The notes under the pieces are model-generated. The model saw nothing but the letters and a program-made list of their open reading frames with translations. It made no database searches and was not told the origin of the DNA. Positions 1 to 8,856 of a DNA stretch of 64,000 nucleotides are shown here, one piece after another. A program made the position numbers and the translations under genes. The stretch is from positions 45,450 through 109,449 of the forward strand of contig JAPLVC010000007.1 of NCBI GenBank assembly GCA_026397315.1. The letters are read 5' to 3'. The stretch is from Candidatus Aenigmatarchaeota archaeon. GTDB taxonomy: Archaea > Aenigmatarchaeota > Aenigmatarchaeia > QMZP01 > QMZT01. The first letter of the stretch is position 1. Each line of letters begins with the position of its first letter.

Positions 1-528
1 ATAAAGGATTACATCCAGACATACTCGCCGGACAAGGAAGAACAGAAATGGATAAAGGCGATAATAATGACTGAAAGCGGTTATGTCCATTGCAGCGGTT
101 CGACCGTGGGGGCGTTCGGCTTCATGCAGCTCATGGAAATCGCCGCGAGGGACGTGGGCATAAGCGACAGGTTCGACCCTGAGCAGAACATCGATGGCGG
201 CGTGAGATACTACAGGAAGCTCGTGCAAAAATACGAATCCTACGACGACAAATACGTGCTGGCTGTCGCCAGTTACAACTGCGGCAAGATAGGCACTCTC
301 GTGTCGCAGAACTGCGACGCGCAGAACATATACATCGGCTGCTGGGAAAAGGCCGTCAGGGAGTTCACGCGTGAGAAGGAGTGCCAGGGCAGCGGCGGCA
401 AGGAAACTTACAACTACGTGGACAGGGTAAAGACATGCGTGAAATATTACGAGCAAAACCCGGAATGCTACAACAGTCCGGGCACGGGCAGCTCGTGCCC
501 TAAAAGCAGTGACTGCGGAAACTGGTGA
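1..528 (+). CDS. Lytic transglycosylase (SLT domain) protein, 5'-truncated by window edge
   Basis: SLT catalytic motif region (TESGY...S...GA.G.MQLM) in ORF 67..528; the reading frame is open back to nt 1, so the gene starts upstream of the window. Confidence 0.6.
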   Translation: MKDYIQTYSPDKEEQKWIKAIIMTESGYVHCSGSTVGAFGFMQLMEIAARDVGISDRFDPEQNIDGGVRYYRKLVQKYESYDDKYVLAVASYNCGKIGTLVSQNCDAQNIYIGCWEKAVREFTREKECQGSGGKETYNYVDRVKTCVKYYEQNPECYNSPGTGSSCPKSSDCGNW

Positions 529-531
529 AAT

Positions 532-1314
532 ATGCTTAAAAAAATGAAAGGCGGCATAAGTGAATCGCCATGGACAATCTGGGCAGTCATAATATTCGCG
601 GCCGTCATCGTCGCTGGTTCATTTTTCCTCAATTCGTATTATATCGATTACGCGGCATTTCTGAAAACTCCGCCGGAAAGGCTCAAAGCGCTTGAAGCAA
701 CCAACGCCGTGCGCGGGTGCCTGCTTAACGGGAAGCCTTACGTGACGAAGGACTTTCTCGACGAGAACAGCGGCGAGGACATAGACGACCTGTGCGGCTT
801 CGAGGACCCGGGTACAGAAGCCGACGTCCTTGACACGCAAACCGGCCAGAAGTGGGGTCTGAGCTCGAGTCTGAGCAAAGCGGACCACTCGGTCTGGATT
901 CCGATTGCTTACACAGGTTTTCAGGAAATAACCGATGTCAATTACGCTTTAAGCGGAGAATATGTCATACATGCGAAGTGGCTAGGCGTCGGGGTGCTTA
1001 ACATAAAAGCCAACGACGTCATTTTGGAATTATATCCTTCGGCGCTTTACCCGGGCGGATCAAGCAAGCTTGAAAGCGTCACCTCTTCCAAAGTCAGGGA
1101 ATGGATAGAAAAGCTGGTTGATGCTGACAACCCCGAAGGCACGCAGAAGGCGGACCTGACAGGCATGAACATAATGGCGATAATCCCGTCAGAATACAGT
1201 CTCAAAGAATGCAGTTCGGTTGGCGACCTGCTTTCCCACGAGGCCTGCGTGAAAATGTTTACGGGGGTAAAAGAAATTCATTTAGGGAGACTGAACGTCG
1301 ATGTTACGCTCTAA
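532..1314 (+). CDS. Hypothetical membrane-anchored protein (one N-terminal TM helix)
   Basis: 260-aa ORF tightly packed between the SLT and M23 genes; hydrophobic N-terminus (WTIWAVIIFAAVIVAGSFFL); no recognisable domain. Confidence 0.45.
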   Translation: MLKKMKGGISESPWTIWAVIIFAAVIVAGSFFLNSYYIDYAAFLKTPPERLKALEATNAVRGCLLNGKPYVTKDFLDENSGEDIDDLCGFEDPGTEADVLDTQTGQKWGLSSSLSKADHSVWIPIAYTGFQEITDVNYALSGEYVIHAKWLGVGVLNIKANDVILELYPSALYPGGSSKLESVTSSKVREWIEKLVDADNPEGTQKADLTGMNIMAIIPSEYSLKECSSVGDLLSHEACVKMFTGVKEIHLGRLNVDVTL

Positions 1315-2332
1315 AAATAAAAAGGGGATAGCGGACTTTGCGTTGTTCGTCGTGATAGCGATAGCGGTCGTATCGCTCATACTCGTTGCCAGCTGGCTGG
1401 GAAAGGTGCTTGGCCAGGGTAGGCAGCTAGTCAAAGTCAAGGGAGTGGTGGACGTTTACGTCAACCTTGACGACAAAGGCAGCGAGTTCAGCTTTCTGGA
1501 AGCCAAAAATGGCGATTATGATTTCATGGAAATTCTCGGCGTCGTGGGATCCGGAGCCAAGATAGGAGGCGACCTTAAAGCCCAGATGGAAAATGTGGAA
1601 AAAAGCATCGAAAGGATAAAGAATTCCGACAAGAAAAATTTCTACATATCCGTCATAAGCCCGGAGGGTAAAGTGGTGTATGAGAAGAAAAGCGGCAATC
1701 CGCCGCTCGTCGTGGGAACGGGCGGAGAGGACATACTGCTAAAATGGCCGCTGGACGCCAGCAACTATGAGATAATATCGGGTTTCGGGTGGAGAAAAGA
1801 CCCATTCTCAGGCAAGGACTCGTTCCACGGCGGTATAGACATACCGGGAAATCTGGGAGACCCCGTTTACAGCGCAACGGACGGAACCGTATACAGGACG
1901 GTAAACAATGATGCGGATTTGGGCAATTTTGTCGTTATAAAATACACATCACAAAGGACGAACACGCCGTATTACGTTTATTACGGACACATGCAGGGCT
2001 TTTCCGTAAGAACTGGTGACAGTGTGAAGATCGGAGAGGAGATAGGGAAAGTTGGCTCCACCGGCAAATCACAGGGCCCGCACCTGCATTTCGAGATAAG
2101 AAAAGACAAAAACGGCGACGGCAATTTAGCGCCAGACGCAGAGTCGGTAAACCTCTGCCCGTATCTCACAGGCGCGTCAGGCGGCATTGTCGACTCAAAA
2201 ACTTGCATGAAAAAATGCCCGGTATACGAGAATCCGGACTCATGCGATTCTGATATGACGGTCGTCACGAACAGGTTTGACATACCTGTTCCGGGCGGAA
2301 AGAAAGGCTACGTGGAGCTGATGCTATGGTAA
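1301..2332 (+). CDS. M23 family metallopeptidase (LytM-like), N-terminal TM anchor
   Basis: M23 motifs HGGIDI...D, YYGHM and GSTG...GPHLHFEI; overlaps the upstream gene by 14 nt and the downstream gene by 7 nt (operon). Confidence 0.75.
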   Translation: MLRSKNKKGIADFALFVVIAIAVVSLILVASWLGKVLGQGRQLVKVKGVVDVYVNLDDKGSEFSFLEAKNGDYDFMEILGVVGSGAKIGGDLKAQMENVEKSIERIKNSDKKNFYISVISPEGKVVYEKKSGNPPLVVGTGGEDILLKWPLDASNYEIISGFGWRKDPFSGKDSFHGGIDIPGNLGDPVYSATDGTVYRTVNNDADLGNFVVIKYTSQRTNTPYYVYYGHMQGFSVRTGDSVKIGEEIGKVGSTGKSQGPHLHFEIRKDKNGDGNLAPDAESVNLCPYLTGASGGIVDSKTCMKKCPVYENPDSCDSDMTVVTNRFDIPVPGGKKGYVELMLW

Positions 2333-3492
2333 AATTCAAGGGCATGACGATAAACATCCTCAGCGTAGGCCTGATAATACTCGTTTCCGTGATTCTTTAT
2401 GCGTTCCTCAACCCGCTATCGCAGCCGCATTCGTCTGAATACGCGAAAACGGATATCTATGTCATGAAAAACGCCCTAGATTCGTCCAAAGTCTATTTGA
2501 GGGCGTCTTTCGATTATGCTGTTTACCAGGCGCTTTACGACGTTTCGAGAAAGGGAGGGTTTAGCGACGCCCAAAGCCAGTCCGCATACGCTAACGCTCT
2601 GGCGCCTGTCATATCATGCCAGAAAACCGACAAAAGAATCGGTGAGCCGGAAAAGATAATCGGCTGCGTTCCCGGCGAATACGGATGCCCAGACAGCGAC
2701 GGCAAAGATGCTTACATAAACGAAGGTTACCAGGTAGGCCTCTTGCAATTCCTGCTAAAAGACCTTAAATACGAACTTACCGTTGACTGCAAGTTTGGCA
2801 AGGGCAGCCTGGAAAAACTCAAGGAATTCCAGAAAGACAAAGGCCTTACTGAAAGCGGTTTCCTTGACGACGCCACGACGGAGAAGCTGAAAGAATCCTT
2901 TGCTTACGATAACTGCGGGGATTATTTTTACGGATGCACGAACAGTTTTTCTGCCGTATGGAGCACGGAACTCGCAGAAGACCAGTTCAAAAGTAACATC
3001 AAGAATGAGATCGTAAAAAACATGAACTCATACACGTCAAAAGGATACGTCTTCCTCGACCTTCCAATAACAGGTCTTCCGCAATACAAAACCGACAAGA
3101 TTACGATTTCCGAATCCGGGACTGGATTGAAAGTCTCGCTCAGCGGGGATAACATAAAAATATCAAAGAAAGATGAATATGAAGTCATTGACATAGCGTC
3201 ATCGTCCGACATGGAAAAAATATACGATATAGATGCCTTCGGCATTTACAGGAAAGCAAAAAGCGTATACAACGACATTAAAAGCAAAGGATGCGATGCC
3301 GCAAAAGACGAAACGAAAACTGAAGGCGGATTTAAAACTGAAGTGAAGATCGTGAGCAAGACGACGAACCCTGAATGCTCCGCTAAAGTCAGGGTCTCGG
3401 TGGTGGAAGAAAATCCTAAAAAAGTTCCTGTCTTCAACGGACGTTCCGTATCTTTCGAGCCGGTTAACATGATTTTAATGTTGAATTTGTAA
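2326..3492 (+). CDS. Membrane-anchored protein with peptidoglycan-binding (PG_binding_1-like) domain
   Basis: N-terminal TM helix; the segment DCKFGKGSLEKLKEFQKDKGLTESGFLDDATTEKLKE fits the PGBD consensus (FG..T...v..FQ...GL..dG..g..T...L). Confidence 0.5.
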   Translation: MVKFKGMTINILSVGLIILVSVILYAFLNPLSQPHSSEYAKTDIYVMKNALDSSKVYLRASFDYAVYQALYDVSRKGGFSDAQSQSAYANALAPVISCQKTDKRIGEPEKIIGCVPGEYGCPDSDGKDAYINEGYQVGLLQFLLKDLKYELTVDCKFGKGSLEKLKEFQKDKGLTESGFLDDATTEKLKESFAYDNCGDYFYGCTNSFSAVWSTELAEDQFKSNIKNEIVKNMNSYTSKGYVFLDLPITGLPQYKTDKITISESGTGLKVSLSGDNIKISKKDEYEVIDIASSSDMEKIYDIDAFGIYRKAKSVYNDIKSKGCDAAKDETKTEGGFKTEVKIVSKTTNPECSAKVRVSVVEENPKKVPVFNGRSVSFEPVNMILMLNL

Positions 3493-3655
3493 TGCAGCCA
3501 GCGCTGGGAACGTCCCGCGCATAGATTTGTTTTTCAACCACGTTTCAAACCTTTTAAAAGCGCCGAATTAATGATAAAATAGCCAGGCCAACTGGCGGAA
3601 ACAGGCAACGCATCATGGCAAAAAAGCGACGCGCATGACTTGGGAGGTGCTTAGC

Positions 3656-3982
3656 ATGGCAGAGGAAAACGCTGAGACAAGAAGCGAAGCGAAAGAGAGC
3701 AAATACAGGTTCAGAGAGAACGACAACGTGATATTCGTCGGGAGTAAGCCGACAATGTCATACGTGCTTGCAGTGATGACCCAGTTCTCCGGTGGGACGA
3801 ATGAAGTGCACATCAAGGCAAGGGGGCGTTCTATCTCGAGAGCGGTGGACGTCGTCGAAGTTGTGAAGAACAGGTTCGTCAACACGGCGAAGCACACGAT
3901 AGAGATAGGCACCGAGAAGATGCACGCGGAGAACAACATGGATATCAACGTGTCGACCATCGACATAAAGCTCGTGAAGTAA
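3656..3982 (+). CDS. albA: Chromatin protein Alba
   Basis: Strong similarity to Alba/Sso10b (NVIFVGSKPTMSYVLAVMTQF...HIKARGRSISRAVDVVEVVKNRF); GGAGGTG Shine-Dalgarno-like sequence precedes the internal ATG at 3656 in ORF 3635..3982. Confidence 0.8.
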   Translation: MAEENAETRSEAKESKYRFRENDNVIFVGSKPTMSYVLAVMTQFSGGTNEVHIKARGRSISRAVDVVEVVKNRFVNTAKHTIEIGTEKMHAENNMDINVSTIDIKLVK

Positions 3983-3993
3983 ACCAGCGACTG

Positions 3994-4010
3994 CTTTTTC
4001 TTTTATTTTA
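3994..4010. terminator. T-rich tract between convergent alba and tRNA genes (archaeal oligo-T terminator candidate for both)
   Basis: ctgctttttcttttatttt lies directly after the alba stop; its reverse complement is T-rich directly after the tRNA 3' end. Confidence 0.4.
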
Positions 4011-4052
4011 TCGCCTTGAGCGAAAGCTTTGTCGATGCGAAAATAAAGAAAG

Positions 4053-4241
4053 TGCGGGGGCGGAGAGTCGAACTCCGGAAGGCACTAAGCCACAGGATGG
4101 CTTATGAGGCTTTTTGTTCACAGACACCAGGTCTCGCAACTTAAAGTCCTACCTTAAGTTTGGCAAAGACAGTTCGACAATGATTTTGTTCATTATCTTT
4201 CGCTGTCTTTCCTGCCCCTTTGACCACTCGGGAACCCCCGC
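4053..4241 (-). tRNA. Intron-containing class II tRNA (tRNA-Leu-like, A73 discriminator), about 189 nt with about 105 nt of intronic sequence
   Basis: Minus-strand read: acceptor GCGGGGG/CCCCCGC, D-arm CCC-GAGTGGTCAAAG-GGG (class II Leu-like), T-arm CGGAG-TTCGACT-CTCCG, 15-nt variable arm TGGCTTAGTGCCTTC, A73, no encoded CCA. The putative anticodon stem CAGGA/TCCTG encloses 112 nt; a CTTAAGG loop (anticodon UAA) sits in the middle of that insert. Confidence 0.6.
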
Positions 4242-4289
4242 AATTAGAATTAATTAATCCGGATTAATAAAAAGCAGTTTCGCCAGCGC

Positions 4290-5414
4290 TCACTTTAAGA
4301 ACTTGTCTACCTGTTTCCTCGCGTGCTCCCTCTTCCTTGCGTGCTCGCGCAGAAACGCTTCCATCTTTTCCACGAGAATCTGCTTCAGTTCGCCTGAAAG
4401 CAGCTTGCCGGACTTGTAGTCGTCGTAAATCTGCTGCATCTTCTTGTCGTCGGGCTCGAATTGCGAGTAGAGATACTGGTAGGCGACGTCGATTTCCGGC
4501 ACGCCTCCTTTCTTGCGATGCTCCTCCAGCGTGTCTCGCCCTCCGGAGAAGGCGTATTTCATTATCTTGCTTTTTGCAGTGGCCGGGTCGTCCGTGAGGG
4601 CGATGTAGGAATACGGGTCCGAAGAGCTCATCTTCCCACCCTTGAGGCCCTTGATGAAAACATGATACGTCGACGATGGAAGCACGAAATTGTGCTCCTT
4701 CTCGAAGCGCGCCGCGATGTCCCTGCTTAGGCGTATGTGCGGGTCCTGGTCCGCGCCGACGGGCACGACGACGTGCCTGTAGCCGCCGAATTCAGGCAGC
4801 ATGGGATGGAGGATGTCCGCGACCTGCGTCATGACCGACATTACTTTTCCCGGCGTGATTTCGCCGTAAACGGCCTTCATCTCGTTGAACGTGACCTTCT
4901 TAGCGGCCATGCCGGACAGGCGGTAGAACGCGTTGGCTTTGTCCGGGTCTTTCGAGCGCGCGCTCTGGAAGTAGAAGTCGCAGTTCTTCGGGTCGAGCCC
5001 GAGAGCTATGTAATTGACCAGGTATTCGTTTATCGCGATTTCGCGCAGCTTATCCATGTCGTCTATGCGCATGTTGTATGCCTCGATGTCGGCGACGCAG
5101 ATGAACACCTTCGCTCCGAGCACTTTCTGATGGTAGATTATCTGCTCTGCCAGGATCTTGTGACCGAGATGGAACTTGCCCGAAGGCATAAGCCCCGTGA
5201 GCATGGCGTAACTCTCTTTTCTCGCGAGCGCGTCGAGAATCTTGTCGAAGTCGCGATGGCCGAACACGATGCCTCTTCTCATGAGTAAGTGAGGCTCCTT
5301 CATCCGCTTTAGTAACGGCTCGAACGGCTGGATGCCGAACTCGTCGCGCAGCTTGGCGTAATCCTTCACTTCCATTGATCCCCATGGATTTATTTCAGTT
5401 TTCATTTTCATCAC
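4290..5414 (-). CDS. trpS: Tryptophanyl-tRNA synthetase (archaeal/eukaryotic type)
   Basis: Class I motifs HLGH (GKFHLGHKILAEQ) and KMSSS; archaeal TrpRS-like length (374 aa). Confidence 0.85.
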   Translation of the reverse strand: MMKMKTEINPWGSMEVKDYAKLRDEFGIQPFEPLLKRMKEPHLLMRRGIVFGHRDFDKILDALARKESYAMLTGLMPSGKFHLGHKILAEQIIYHQKVLGAKVFICVADIEAYNMRIDDMDKLREIAINEYLVNYIALGLDPKNCDFYFQSARSKDPDKANAFYRLSGMAAKKVTFNEMKAVYGEITPGKVMSVMTQVADILHPMLPEFGGYRHVVVPVGADQDPHIRLSRDIAARFEKEHNFVLPSSTYHVFIKGLKGGKMSSSDPYSYIALTDDPATAKSKIMKYAFSGGRDTLEEHRKKGGVPEIDVAYQYLYSQFEPDDKKMQQIYDDYKSGKLLSGELKQILVEKMEAFLREHARKREHARKQVDKFLK

Positions 5415-5491
5415 TTGCCGTCATCACAGATAATCTATATTTTGATTCGTTTGTATATATTCTCTCACGGTCCGTTTCAATAACTGCCCGT

Positions 5492-5695
5492 TCAATCCAG
5501 GAATATGCCATAGCCGCCAAAGCTGGAGATGTCAATTCCTCTTCTGCCAAGTTCGCCTTCGATAACTTTCAACTCCGCAAGGTAATTTTCCAGTTTCCGT
5601 CCGGTCGGCCCTTCCACTATAAACCTTCCCTGGATATAACCGCGCCTTTCAAGCATCTGCAAAGTTTCGTTATTGCTGTTATTATCACCTAACAT
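5492..5695 (-). CDS. Hypothetical small protein (67 aa) between trpB2 and trpS
   Basis: Fills the co-directional 314-bp gap; no recognisable motif. Confidence 0.3.
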   Translation of the reverse strand: MLGDNNSNNETLQMLERRGYIQGRFIVEGPTGRKLENYLAELKVIEGELGRRGIDISSFGGYGIFLD

Positions 5696-5728
5696 GTTTA
5701 CACCTCCTTAAGTTTTCTTTGACGCAAC

Positions 5729-7033
5729 TCATAGGCCGAGCATCTCATGGTATCCCGGAAGGTCGAGCAGACCGTGGCCGCTCAGGTTGAATAATATCGT
5801 TTTCCCCTCTTTCGTCTGCTTCGCCGCGAGCGCCTGGTCAATCGCCGCTTTCACCGCGAAGTTCGACTCTGGCGCCGGTATTATGCCTTCGCTCCTCGCG
5901 AATAAGCGGCCGGCTTCGAACGTCTCCTTCTGGTCGTATGCCATTGCCCTGACTATTTTCTTGTTCACCAGCAAGCTAAGCGTCGGGGCGCATCCGTGGT
6001 AGCGCAGCCCTCCGGCATGTATCGCAGGCGGGATAAACTCGCATCCCAGCGTGCACATCTTCAGCAACGGCGTGAGCTTGCCCGTGTCGCCGAAGTCGTA
6101 TTTGTAATCGCCCCTGGTCATGCTCGGCACGACGTCCGGCTCGACTGCGATGAATTCGCAATCACTTTTCCCCGCCAGTTTCTTAGCAATGAACGGGTAG
6201 GCGAGGCCGGCGAAATTCGACCCGCCTCCCACGCAGCCGATTATCACGTCGGGTTTCTCATCGATTTTGTGCAGCTGTTTTTGCGTCTCGAGCCCTATCA
6301 TCGTCTGATGCATGAGCACGTGGTTCAGCACGCTACCCAGCGAATAGTTCGTCTTCGCGTCCTTCGCCGCGACCTCTACCGCTTCCGAAATCGCGATTCC
6401 CAGCGAGCCTGGGGTGTCAGGGAAACGCTCGCGGATTTTCTTCCCGATTTCTGTCGTGTCGCTTGGCGACGCGACCACGTCTGCACCGAACATGCGCATG
6501 AGCATCCTGCGGTATGGCTTCTGTTCATAGCTCACGCGCACCATGTATACTTTGCATTTCATGCCGGTGAAAGCGCAGGCCATCGCTAGCGCCGAGCCCC
6601 ACTGGCCTGCGCCAGTTTCCGTCGTGAGCGTTTCCACCCCCGCCTTCGTCGCATAATACGCCTGAGCAAGAGCGGTGTTCGGCTTGTGCGAGCCAACAGG
6701 CGACAAATCCTCGCGCTTGTAGAATATGCGCACGTCCTCAGGCAGCTTCAATGCGCGCTCAAGCCTCGTCGCCCTGCACAGCGGTCGCGGCCTTCCTATC
6801 TTAAGAAACAGCTCCCTGAGCTCACGGGGAATTTTGACAAAGCGCTCTTCAGCGAATTCCTGCCTTATCAGCTCCTTGCAGAACAAAGGCTCCAGCATTT
6901 CCGGCTTGATTGGCTCGCCGTTGGCCGGGTTCAGCGGCATCGGCAGCGGCTCGGGCAGATCGGGCAGGATGTTATAGAAGTATCTGGGCAATTCTTCCTC
7001 ACACAGGTCGACCCTGTAGCCAGAGTCGGCCAC
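5729..7033 (-). CDS. trpB2: Tryptophan synthase beta-like PLP enzyme, TrpB2 family
   Basis: 434 aa; PLP lysine motif [15 protein letters not shown]; long-form TrpB2-like N-terminus. Confidence 0.85.
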   Translation of the reverse strand: MADSGYRVDLCEEELPRYFYNILPDLPEPLPMPLNPANGEPIKPEMLEPLFCKELIRQEFAEERFVKIPRELRELFLKIGRPRPLCRATRLERALKLPEDVRIFYKREDLSPVGSHKPNTALAQAYYATKAGVETLTTETGAGQWGSALAMACAFTGMKCKVYMVRVSYEQKPYRRMLMRMFGADVVASPSDTTEIGKKIRERFPDTPGSLGIAISEAVEVAAKDAKTNYSLGSVLNHVLMHQTMIGLETQKQLHKIDEKPDVIIGCVGGGSNFAGLAYPFIAKKLAGKSDCEFIAVEPDVVPSMTRGDYKYDFGDTGKLTPLLKMCTLGCEFIPPAIHAGGLRYHGCAPTLSLLVNKKIVRAMAYDQKETFEAGRLFARSEGIIPAPESNFAVKAAIDQALAAKQTKEGKTILFNLSGHGLLDLPGYHEMLGL

Positions 7034-7084
7034 CCTTCATATTTTTTTCGTTGATAGCGTTTTCTCTCATACTCACACCTCCTC

Positions 7085-7294
7085 TTAAATGTCTCTACTA
7101 TTGCTCATGAAGTGAAAGAACAGTTTCCCGTTTTCCTTCACGGTTTTGCCGCTATACCTGCCGTTGTCGAAGTCTATACCCTGTATGTAGGTCCTGCCAT
7201 CTGCTCCGGTAAACATGAACCTTGTGTCCGACCCGTACATGCCGAAATCGATATGCTTCGACGTGGCTATCTCGACTTTCCTGCTATCCAGCAT
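7085..7294 (-). CDS. Hypothetical small protein (69 aa)
   Basis: Co-directional ORF upstream of trpB2; no motif. Confidence 0.3.
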   Translation of the reverse strand: MLDSRKVEIATSKHIDFGMYGSDTRFMFTGADGRTYIQGIDFDNGRYSGKTVKENGKLFFHFMSNSRDI

Positions 7295-7306
7295 ACGCTG
7301 ACCTCC

Positions 7307-7501
7307 CTAGTTTTCCTTCATCTTCGCCGACAGCAGCTTGTATGTAAGCGAACCAGCGAAAACTGCGGCCGAAGAGAGCAATATCACGTTCGGTTCGAGC
7401 CCCACAACCACCCCGGCTGCAGATAGCTCTATCGCTTTCATTACCCCGTCTTCCAGGGCTTTCAACAGAAGCCCCTTCTCCCGAATGTTTTTTTGCACCA
7501 T
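7307..7501 (-). CDS. Hypothetical small protein (64 aa)
   Basis: Co-directional small ORF, hydrophobic/Ala-rich; weak call. Confidence 0.25.
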   Translation of the reverse strand: MVQKNIREKGLLLKALEDGVMKAIELSAAGVVVGLEPNVILLSSAAVFAGSLTYKLLSAKMKEN

Positions 7502-7531
7502 ACTTCCCGAAACCCATGTGTTTTTTGCGTC

Positions 7532-7873
7532 TCATGCTTTCTCCTTCGCTATCGTGGTAAGCACAATCCTGCCGACGGCCGTGACCTTCGCAGGTTTGCC
7601 GTAGCCGTTGGTTATCATGCCCACTTCCTTGAGCGAGTTGATGTTCATCCATACAGTCGATTTGGGACAACACAGCTGCTGCGATATTGCATCTACTGCG
7701 GAAGTAATCGTTCTGGAGCCGTGCTGTGCGTCCAGCGCCTTCAGTATCTCGACTTTCTTCGAGTTGAGTATTTTGCTCGAAAGCTTGACCACAGCGTCGA
7801 GAACCTCGTTCACGCTTATGTCGCCACAATCCTCTTTCAGCCCGGAAGTGTAATTAAAAATCATCCCAAACAC
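7532..7873 (-). CDS. Winged helix-turn-helix transcriptional regulator
   Basis: HTH segment ISQQLCCPKSTVWMNINSLKEVGMI typical of archaeal wHTH (MarR/TrmB-like) regulators. Confidence 0.55.
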   Translation of the reverse strand: MFGMIFNYTSGLKEDCGDISVNEVLDAVVKLSSKILNSKKVEILKALDAQHGSRTITSAVDAISQQLCCPKSTVWMNINSLKEVGMITNGYGKPAKVTAVGRIVLTTIAKEKA

Positions 7874-7906
7874 CTTCTTTTTGAAGGAATTCGATTTAGA
7901 AATGGG

Positions 7907-7939
7907 ATGAAGTTTTAGCGCTTAATCCAAAACTTCATC
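7907..7939. promoter_or_regulatory. Perfect 11-bp inverted repeat (GATGAAGTTTT-N12-AAAACTTCATC) upstream of the wHTH regulator gene; operator candidate
   Basis: Read directly from the sequence; lies 34-66 nt upstream of the regulator start codon in the divergent intergenic region. Confidence 0.45.
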
Positions 7940-8130
7940 AAATGCGAATACCTGAAATCGGCCATACTCTGGGCTGAAAGAATCAAAAATTCATTTCCGA
8001 GTACGGTCGATGTTTGCATAATATTTTATTGCGGGCCATGTTTTATAAACGCAGCGTGCAGCATTTTCTGGAGTAAACCATTCGCTAGGCTCCGCGCAAC
8101 ATATTTAACGGAAACCTCGAAATATTAAGC

Positions 8131-8844
8131 ATGAAAAAACCCGCCGGGAAAAAACGGCCTAAGCGAACGAAACAAAACGAACTTGTAAAACCGGACAAGC
8201 GGCCGGAGTTCAGGGACGTGTTCATCGAGAGCCGCGCTTTCAAGACGCTCATCACTTCTGCGATAGAGGTCTACAACCGCGAGACCAATGGCGTCATACT
8301 AGGCAGTAACACCGTCAAGGCGATAAAGGACGAGCGAAAGAAAGTGATCACGATAAAGGAAGTATATCCGTTCCAGACGGAAGAGCGCAAACCATCCGAG
8401 GTTGTGCATGGCAATGTCGCCGCCTTCAAGCGCGTGCTGAGAACGATTGACTCGTTCGACGCTGAAATCATAGGCGGCTATCACTCTCACCCGTTCCCGT
8501 ATTTCAAGGTCAGGCTATCGAAGGGCGATTTTGCGTCGATAAAAGAGGACATAGAGGCCATGATGAAAGTCGGCCACAAGCGCGTCGCCAACGAATGGCT
8601 GGAAATCCTTCTCTCGATAAAAAGGAAAGAATACGCCAAGCCCAGCGGCAGAGAATGGTATATCTGCGACTACATCAAGAAGCTGCGCTGCTACGTGAGG
8701 ACGCAGAAGAAAGTCGGCTGGGACATACTGGTATCGGCTTACTGGATATATCCCAAAAAGCAGGATCCTCAGAAGGCGAAACCGCTCAAGTGGGAGATGG
8801 GCGCGAAAGAAGCCGCGGTCTTCGTGCCGTGGAACCTCGATTAG
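8131..8844 (+). CDS. JAB/MPN (JAMM) domain metalloprotease-like protein
   Basis: JAMM signature E...GGYHSHP...SKGD (HSHP-x8-S-x2-D) plus a basic N-terminus. Confidence 0.55.
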   Translation: MKKPAGKKRPKRTKQNELVKPDKRPEFRDVFIESRAFKTLITSAIEVYNRETNGVILGSNTVKAIKDERKKVITIKEVYPFQTEERKPSEVVHGNVAAFKRVLRTIDSFDAEIIGGYHSHPFPYFKVRLSKGDFASIKEDIEAMMKVGHKRVANEWLEILLSIKRKEYAKPSGREWYICDYIKKLRCYVRTQKKVGWDILVSAYWIYPKKQDPQKAKPLKWEMGAKEAAVFVPWNLD

Positions 8845-8856
8845 TATGGTGGTGTT

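Noticed and set aside
4090-4200. Box C/D sRNA inside the tRNA intron (as in haloarchaeal tRNA-Trp introns)
   Set aside because: No convincing RUGAUGA or CUGA box pairs; only a TAATGA-like element is present.
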